A stretch of DNA of 30,570 nt. Origin: a virus (lineage: Duplodnaviria > Caudoviricetes). The notes below the pieces were generated by a model. It was not told the origin of the DNA. It saw nothing but the letters and a program-made list of their open reading frames with translations, and did not search any database. Made by a program: the position numbers and the translations under genes. Below are positions 25,790-30,570 of the stretch, one piece after another (position 1 is the first letter of the stretch; each line of letters starts with the position of its first letter). The stretch covers positions 1 through 30,570 of IMG/VR virus record IMGVR_UViG_3300023246_000619; one strand, given 5' to 3'.

Positions 25790-26188
25790 ATGAGTGTCTG
25801 CGGAATTGATCCTGGCAGGACGACGGGACTTGTACACTGTTCAAACTCGGGCAAAGTTCTCTGTGCCCTAGCTGCTCGAGATCACAAGGACATTGTCGAG
25901 TTCCTTCATCAATTGGATTCTGAAACGACTGTAGTGGTCATGGAAGATTTCCTTGGGTCAGGTCCTCGTTCCGCAGACGCCATCTTCACGATCAAGCTCT
26001 TGGGTTTCGTCGAGGGATGCTGTCACCTATTGGGTCTTGAGTTAGTTGTTCAACCACCCCAATGGCGGAAAGCATTCTTGGACAAAGCCCAAATGCATTT
26101 TCGGGTTCACAAGGAACGTCACTGTAAAGACGCCCTGGCCCATGTGTATTCATACCTAGAGAGACTAGGTTACGACGAGTGGGAGTAA
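25790..26188 (+). CDS. RuvC-like Holliday junction resolvase
   Basis: GIDPGRTTG, VVMEDF, H..DALAH. Confidence 0.8.
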   Translation: MSVCGIDPGRTTGLVHCSNSGKVLCALAARDHKDIVEFLHQLDSETTVVVMEDFLGSGPRSADAIFTIKLLGFVEGCCHLLGLELVVQPPQWRKAFLDKAQMHFRVHKERHCKDALAHVYSYLERLGYDEWE

Positions 26189-26189
26189 A

Positions 26190-26390
26190 ATGGCTCAGCA
26201 CAAGTTGGTATCAGTTCCCGTTGATCCACTAGTGTACCCGGCGATCGAAAGGGCTGCGGCATTGGAGATGAGACCTGTGGCAGCTTACTGCCGACTGGTC
26301 ATCTTCAAGGATCTCCAGGCCCGAGGTCTTCTGGACGATGAATACAAGCCCACGCAGGAGGTGATTGATGCAGCAGCTTCCGATAGCTGA
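26190..26390 (+). CDS. Small ribbon-helix-helix-like DNA-binding protein
   Basis: Strand-helix-helix pattern KLVSVPVDPLVYPAIERAAALEMRPVAAYCRLVI; GGGAG RBS. Confidence 0.55.
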   Translation: MAQHKLVSVPVDPLVYPAIERAAALEMRPVAAYCRLVIFKDLQARGLLDDEYKPTQEVIDAAASDS

Positions 26391-26808
26391 GGTCACCAAG
26401 ACCTTTCGATTCGAGTCGAGTCACCAATTGTATGGACACAATGGTAAGTGTGCTCGCGTTCATGGGCATAGTTACATAGTCGAACTAACCCTTCGAGGGA
26501 ATCTGATTCAAGAGGGTTCATCCGAAGGAATGGTTGTCGACTTCGGTGACATCAAACACGTCTGGTTTAAACTGATCGATTCAGTTCTGGACCACGCCCA
26601 CCTGAACGACGTTCTCCCTGTGCGATCGACTGCCGAGAACATGTGCTTTTGGATCTTGAATCGGTTGAAGCAGATGTCTCATCTTCCGGTTTACAAAATC
26701 CGTCTTTGGGAAACAGCATCCGGCTCTGCCAGCATTTGGATCGGTGACCAGGTTGGAGTTGAGTTCCCCTACTTGACCAAGAAGGAACTCGAAGAGGAAC
26801 CTATCTGA
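26368..26808 (+). CDS. queD: 6-carboxytetrahydropterin synthase
   Basis: FESSHQL, CARVHGHSY, GMVVDFGDIK, LDHAHLND, TAEN, LWET; GGAGGTGA RBS. Confidence 0.95.
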   Translation: MQQLPIAEVTKTFRFESSHQLYGHNGKCARVHGHSYIVELTLRGNLIQEGSSEGMVVDFGDIKHVWFKLIDSVLDHAHLNDVLPVRSTAENMCFWILNRLKQMSHLPVYKIRLWETASGSASIWIGDQVGVEFPYLTKKELEEEPI

Positions 26809-27003
26809 ATGGTCAACGTTGACTTCGGAGAAGGAATTCCTTTCTGTCCAGTCTGTGAAGAGCCAATTGACTATGTTCAATTCAAACCAAGATGTGATGA
26901 ATGCAAACGAAAGTTCCACAATGGTTGTGGACTTGTAGAGGAGAACTATGCCTGCTGCGACTCTTGCAGTCAACGAAATCTTCGGTCCAACGATTCAAGG
27001 TGA
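26809..27003 (+). CDS. Small Cys-rich zinc-finger protein
   Basis: CPVC...CDEC...HNGC...CCDSC; GAGGA RBS. Confidence 0.55.
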   Translation: MVNVDFGEGIPFCPVCEEPIDYVQFKPRCDECKRKFHNGCGLVEENYACCDSCSQRNLRSNDSR

Positions 27004-27634
27004 AGGCCCATCGATAGGTCGTCCGGCTGTGTTCCTTCGGCTTCAAGGTTGCAACCTCAGATGCAGTTGGTGTGATTCGAAGTACACCTACAATGGAACT
27101 GAACACCCAGCTCACATGCCTCTTGGCGCTGTGATTGAAACAGTTCGTTCAATGTCAATGGGCTGTACCAAGCTACTCGTCTGCACAGGGGGAGAGCCTC
27201 TAATTCATGCTCCGGAGTTGAATGAACTTCGGGACATGATGCCTGGATGGGATTTCGAATACGAAACCAATGGAACCATTCCCCTCTTCCCAGGCAACTA
27301 CAGTAACCAATGGTACATCGTGTCCCCGAAGCTAGAGAATAGTGGAGTGGATCTGGACAAACGATTCAAGCCCGAGGTGCTCAAGTCTTACGTCCTCAAT
27401 GCCAACAGTCGATTCAAGTTCGTGGTTCAAACGAAACAAGACTTGGCCGAGGTCCAAATGATCGTAGACGAAGTAGGGATCCCGGACAACTATGTCTACA
27501 TCATGCCCGAAGGCATTGATGGTACAACCATTCACGACAGGACTCAAGACTTGGTTGAAGGGGTTATCCTAAGAGGATGGAACATAACAACGAGGCTGCA
27601 CACGTGGATCTGGGGCAACGCCAGGAGGCGATAG
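26948..27634 (+). CDS. queE: 7-carboxy-7-deazaguanine synthase (radical SAM)
   Basis: EIFGPTIQGEG, FLRLQGCNLRCSWCD, TGGEP, ETNGT, VSPKL, RLH. Confidence 0.95.
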   Translation: MPAATLAVNEIFGPTIQGEGPSIGRPAVFLRLQGCNLRCSWCDSKYTYNGTEHPAHMPLGAVIETVRSMSMGCTKLLVCTGGEPLIHAPELNELRDMMPGWDFEYETNGTIPLFPGNYSNQWYIVSPKLENSGVDLDKRFKPEVLKSYVLNANSRFKFVVQTKQDLAEVQMIVDEVGIPDNYVYIMPEGIDGTTIHDRTQDLVEGVILRGWNITTRLHTWIWGNARRR

Positions 27635-28206
27635 CGGACAAGGTCCGTTGGATGCTTGCAATGTTGAACAAGTGTACTCCGGGAGAGATTAACGACGATC
27701 AACATCTTCAAGGGACTCCGGATCGTTTCACCAAGTTCCTGATGGAGTTTCTTCCGGACCCAAGACCCTTCGAGGAGATCGTTAAGACTTCTTTCCGATC
27801 TGGGTTCGAAGAGATGGTCGCAGTTACCAACATTCGATTCACGGCCTTGTGCGCACATCACCTTCTTCCTTTTCGGGGGATGGCTCATGTCGCATACGTT
27901 CCTGGTTCGGCTGGAAAGATCGTTGGTCTTTCGAAACTGTCCAGGGCAGTCGAGTACTTCGCTCACAGGATAACGATTCAAGAAGACATCACTCGGGACA
28001 TCGTCGAGGCCTTGTCAAAGGTACTCGAACCCAAAGGTGTCATGATTGTTGTCGAAGCTGAACACGAGTGCATGGCGATTCGTGGAGTCAAGCAGCCAGG
28101 GGCTACGACAATCACATCCGCAGTCCGTGGTTGCTTCCTGTCCAATGAGAAAGGATCCAAGGACGAGTTCCTTCATCTCGTTCGGATGAACGGAGTTCAT
28201 TCATGA
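27577..28206 (+). CDS. folE: GTP cyclohydrolase I
   Basis: TPDR, CAHHLLPF.G.AHVAY, GLSKLSR, IQE, HECMAIRGV. The start codon is uncertain. Confidence 0.95.
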   Translation: MEHNNEAAHVDLGQRQEAIADKVRWMLAMLNKCTPGEINDDQHLQGTPDRFTKFLMEFLPDPRPFEEIVKTSFRSGFEEMVAVTNIRFTALCAHHLLPFRGMAHVAYVPGSAGKIVGLSKLSRAVEYFAHRITIQEDITRDIVEALSKVLEPKGVMIVVEAEHECMAIRGVKQPGATTITSAVRGCFLSNEKGSKDEFLHLVRMNGVHS

Positions 28207-29036
28207 GACTTGCTTCCATTGTACCCAGTGGATGGATCAATAGACTTCAAGGGGACGAAGACAAGTATCATCTCATTCTTGTCCCCAGAGTCTTGAATGA
28301 TTCAACGTACCGGGAAGCGTATCGTGCCAGGGCCGAGAAGAGTCATTTCATCATACTTGACAATGGTGCCTACGAAGCCCATGCGTACGGGGAACCTTAC
28401 AACCCAGACGTTGACTCAATCATTCAAGCAGTCAATGCATTGGGTCTTCTCCCGGCTGAGATCGTTCTTCCCGACGTACCTGGACGAGCTGTCGAAACCC
28501 TTTACGCAACAACTCAAGCCGCATATCAACTACGGGAGCTTTGGCCCTATTCATTGTTCATGGGCGTTCCCCATGCTTCCGAGATCACTCAGTACCTAGA
28601 GTGTGCTGAGTTGATGGTTGCACTTCCCGGACTCAATTGTGTCGGTGTTCCTTTCATCGCAGCCGAGGCACTAGGGATCTCGAGGGATGAATTGACTCTT
28701 CGTTTGTACAACGAAGTTCTCATTCCCCGGGCAGAGAAGTTCGGTCACCGAGTCGAGATTCATCTCCTGGGAATGACTCAACCATTGGACATCGATCCTG
28801 CTGTCCGAAACATTGTTCGGGGAGTCGATACCTCGAAGCATGTACGAATGGGAATGGACCTAAAGGTTCTTGACCCCGAGGTTCCAATCATTGAGACCGA
28901 TGGTCCTCGACCGGATGGTTTCATGTCACTGACCGAGACTGATCTCACTTCCGAAATGGAAGAAGCCATTGGTGAGAACATTGCTCTCCTGTCTGCTTCA
29001 TTGAACTACGTACCTGTGGCCGAAGAAAACCTTTAG
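28203..29036 (+). CDS. Divergent TGT-fold protein, candidate DpdA-like 7-deazaguanine transglycosylase
   Basis: IILDNGAYE, EIVLPDV, MGVPH, IHLLG and RGVDTS parallel the TGT/DpdA motifs DSG, D, G..QG, HxxG and D. ATGA-coupled to folE. Confidence 0.7.
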   Translation: MRLASIVPSGWINRLQGDEDKYHLILVPRVLNDSTYREAYRARAEKSHFIILDNGAYEAHAYGEPYNPDVDSIIQAVNALGLLPAEIVLPDVPGRAVETLYATTQAAYQLRELWPYSLFMGVPHASEITQYLECAELMVALPGLNCVGVPFIAAEALGISRDELTLRLYNEVLIPRAEKFGHRVEIHLLGMTQPLDIDPAVRNIVRGVDTSKHVRMGMDLKVLDPEVPIIETDGPRPDGFMSLTETDLTSEMEEAIGENIALLSASLNYVPVAEENL

Positions 29037-29053
29037 AAGTCTTCAGAATTTCC

Positions 29054-29082
29054 TTGAAGTCTCCTCGGCATTAAGGTATAAT
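29054..29082 (+). promoter_or_regulatory. Sigma70-type promoter P3
   Basis: TTGAAG-17 nt-TATAAT; the upstream flank resembles P2. Confidence 0.75.
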
Positions 29083-29088
29083 AGGATA

Positions 29089-29592
29089 ATGAGATTCAGT
29101 GGACAAGCCATGGATAGAGGGATCAAGACGACCGATACAATCGAACTGATTGATTGGTGTCATCGTTTCAACAAGCATCAGGGTACCTACCCAATCGATC
29201 GATTCACCATTGGCCTGTATCAGATTCATCAAGCCATTGGTTGGGGCTCGACTGCCGCCGGTAGTGAGTCAGCAATGGCAGCAGTGATTCACTTCATCGC
29301 AGCTGCCGAAGGGGCTGATGCACGGATCGATTACTTCCTACCAGGAGACCTCGACCTCATTGCTTTGGGAATGCCCAATCATTCCGAGTTACTTGGTGTA
29401 GTGTCCAAGGCTGCACAGATGTTATTCTACCTGAAGCAGGCTGGAAGAACTCAACGTTCGAGTCGATATGATCCAGCTGTCCTGGGATCTTGTCTTGGGA
29501 AAGCTTGTACTCAATTGATCAGGGGTGTTCCGATTCAGTCTCGAGGTTCAGCCATTGAGTTGGCTACTGACATCATGACCGGGAACCTTTGA
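29089..29592 (+). CDS. Hypothetical all-alpha protein (167 aa)
   Basis: Directly after P3; the stop overlaps the polymerase start (TTGA). Confidence 0.65.
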   Translation: MRFSGQAMDRGIKTTDTIELIDWCHRFNKHQGTYPIDRFTIGLYQIHQAIGWGSTAAGSESAMAAVIHFIAAAEGADARIDYFLPGDLDLIALGMPNHSELLGVVSKAAQMLFYLKQAGRTQRSSRYDPAVLGSCLGKACTQLIRGVPIQSRGSAIELATDIMTGNL

Positions 29593-30570
29593 AAGAACTT
29601 GAGCCACTGTGCAAGTGCGATCAATGTCCCTTGCAAGGATTGAATCGTACTCAAGTATGGGGGAATGGACCAGACAAGACTGGTTTAGTTCTAGTCGGGG
29701 AAGCTCCGGAAGTTCAAGATGACCATAAGGGAATTCCTTTCATTGGTCGATCGGGTGAACTCCTAGACGCAACACTTGAAGACATTGAATTGGATCGTGA
29801 CAGATGTTATGTTATGAATACTGTTCTCTGTCGTCCGGTTCCTGAGCAAGGGAAAAAGAACTCACCCCCTACTGACGAAACATTGGCATGTTGCTATCAA
29901 CGAATGGTAGCAGAGATTCGTTTACGTGAACCGAAGATCATTGTAACGTTAGGTGCTCTCGCCAGCCGAACGGTTTTGGAGACGAATGAAACCATCAACT
30001 CCCTAGCTGGTCAGATTACTTGGTCACCTATTTACAACTGTTGGGTGATCCCTACGTTCCATCCGGCTTCCGTTCTTCATGGTGGCTACGGAAACTTCGA
30101 CAGGATCTACGACGCTTTGCAAAGGGCCAAACGGCTCCTGTTCAGCGAAGTACCATTCCCAAAGAAGGTTCATGTGTTCCGTGAAGGTTCCGAATGGTTC
30201 TATCTGTCCACTCCGGGTCCGATGATTGAGCTCGCCGATACCCTCAAAGCCAACTGTCGAGAGCACCTTTCAATTGACTTAGAGACCAATGGCTTTGATG
30301 TTGTATCTGATCCAGTACTTGAGTTAGGTGTTTCCGATGGAGACACTTCTTGGGTCCTGGATCATGCTACATTAGTTTCAAGTCCAGAAGCAAAAGCAGC
30401 CTGGCGGGAATTGATTACCGATCCTAATATCGTTTGGGTTGCTCACAACAAGAAGTTCGATCAACAGTTCCTTGAAAGAGAAGGCCTAGGGGTTCCTCCA
30501 AAGTTTGAAGACACAATGTGTTGGGCGATGGCTCTTACCGAGAGACAAGGTGGAATTGGTCTCGAGGTAT
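29589..30570 (+). CDS. DNA polymerase N-terminus: family-4 uracil-DNA glycosylase domain fused to a 3'-5' exonuclease domain (truncated by window; absent from ORF track)
   Basis: Hand translation from TTG 29589 gives CDQCPL, LVGEAP, GIPFIGRSG, NTVLCRP, IVTLG and PTFHPA (UDG4), then SIDLETNG, AHNKKFD and DTM (PolA-type exonuclease motifs). Confidence 0.88.
   Translation, partial: MKELEPLCKCDQCPLQGLNRTQVWGNGPDKTGLVLVGEAPEVQDDHKGIPFIGRSGELLDATLEDIELDRDRCYVMNTVLCRPVPEQGKKNSPPTDETLACCYQRMVAEIRLREPKIIVTLGALASRTVLETNETINSLAGQITWSPIYNCWVIPTFHPASVLHGGYGNFDRIYDALQRAKRLLFSEVPFPKKVHVFREGSEWFYLSTPGPMIELADTLKANCREHLSIDLETNGFDVVSDPVLELGVSDGDTSWVLDHATLVSSPEAKAAWRELITDPNIVWVAHNKKFDQQFLEREGLGVPPKFEDTMCWAMALTERQGGIGLEV

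Noticed and set aside
27577-28206. QueF-like reductase instead of FolE
   Set aside because: It retains the CxHH and HxC zinc ligands and TPxR of GTP cyclohydrolase I; the CAHH variant alone is not diagnostic.
1-30570. Stop-codon reassignment, tRNA genes, introns/inteins, integrase
   Set aside because: TAA, TAG and TGA all end well-supported genes, coding density is high in the standard code, and I saw no such elements by eye (no scan was run).

Overview
A 30.6 kb piece of a tailed dsDNA phage genome (standard genetic code) with two divergent arms separated by an ~830 bp non-coding control region (15264-16091). The left arm (minus strand) is a translationally coupled packaging/head operon: terS, terL, three small membrane or lipoprotein genes, two unknowns, then an eight-gene glycan-modification cassette wedged between terminase and portal. 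The cassette encodes a WbpB-like dehydrogenase, a DUF115/Maf-like + GT-A fusion, a SEC-C mini-protein, a SAM methyltransferase, a CTP-dependent riboflavin-kinase-like protein, a sulfotransferase, a GT2 and an NDP-sugar epimerase. Portal, a 1032-aa MuF-ParB-like-HExxH protein and a prohead protease-like gene follow. The right arm (plus strand) is a replication, recombination and DNA-modification arm: primase-helicase, SNF2 helicase, PD-(D/E)xK nuclease, Sak4-like ATPase, SSB-like protein, RuvC-like resolvase, a 7-deazaguanine pathway (folE, queD, queE, queC, divergent DpdA/TGT-like), an atypical HPRT-like enzyme and a UDG-fused DNA polymerase running off the end. The best candidates for an undescribed system are (1) the sulfation/methylation/phosphorylation glycan cassette co-expressed with head genes, which may build a virion glycan coat, and (2) the deazaguanine pathway paired with a remodelled phosphoribosyltransferase. 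All protein calls come from motif recognition by eye; no searches were run.
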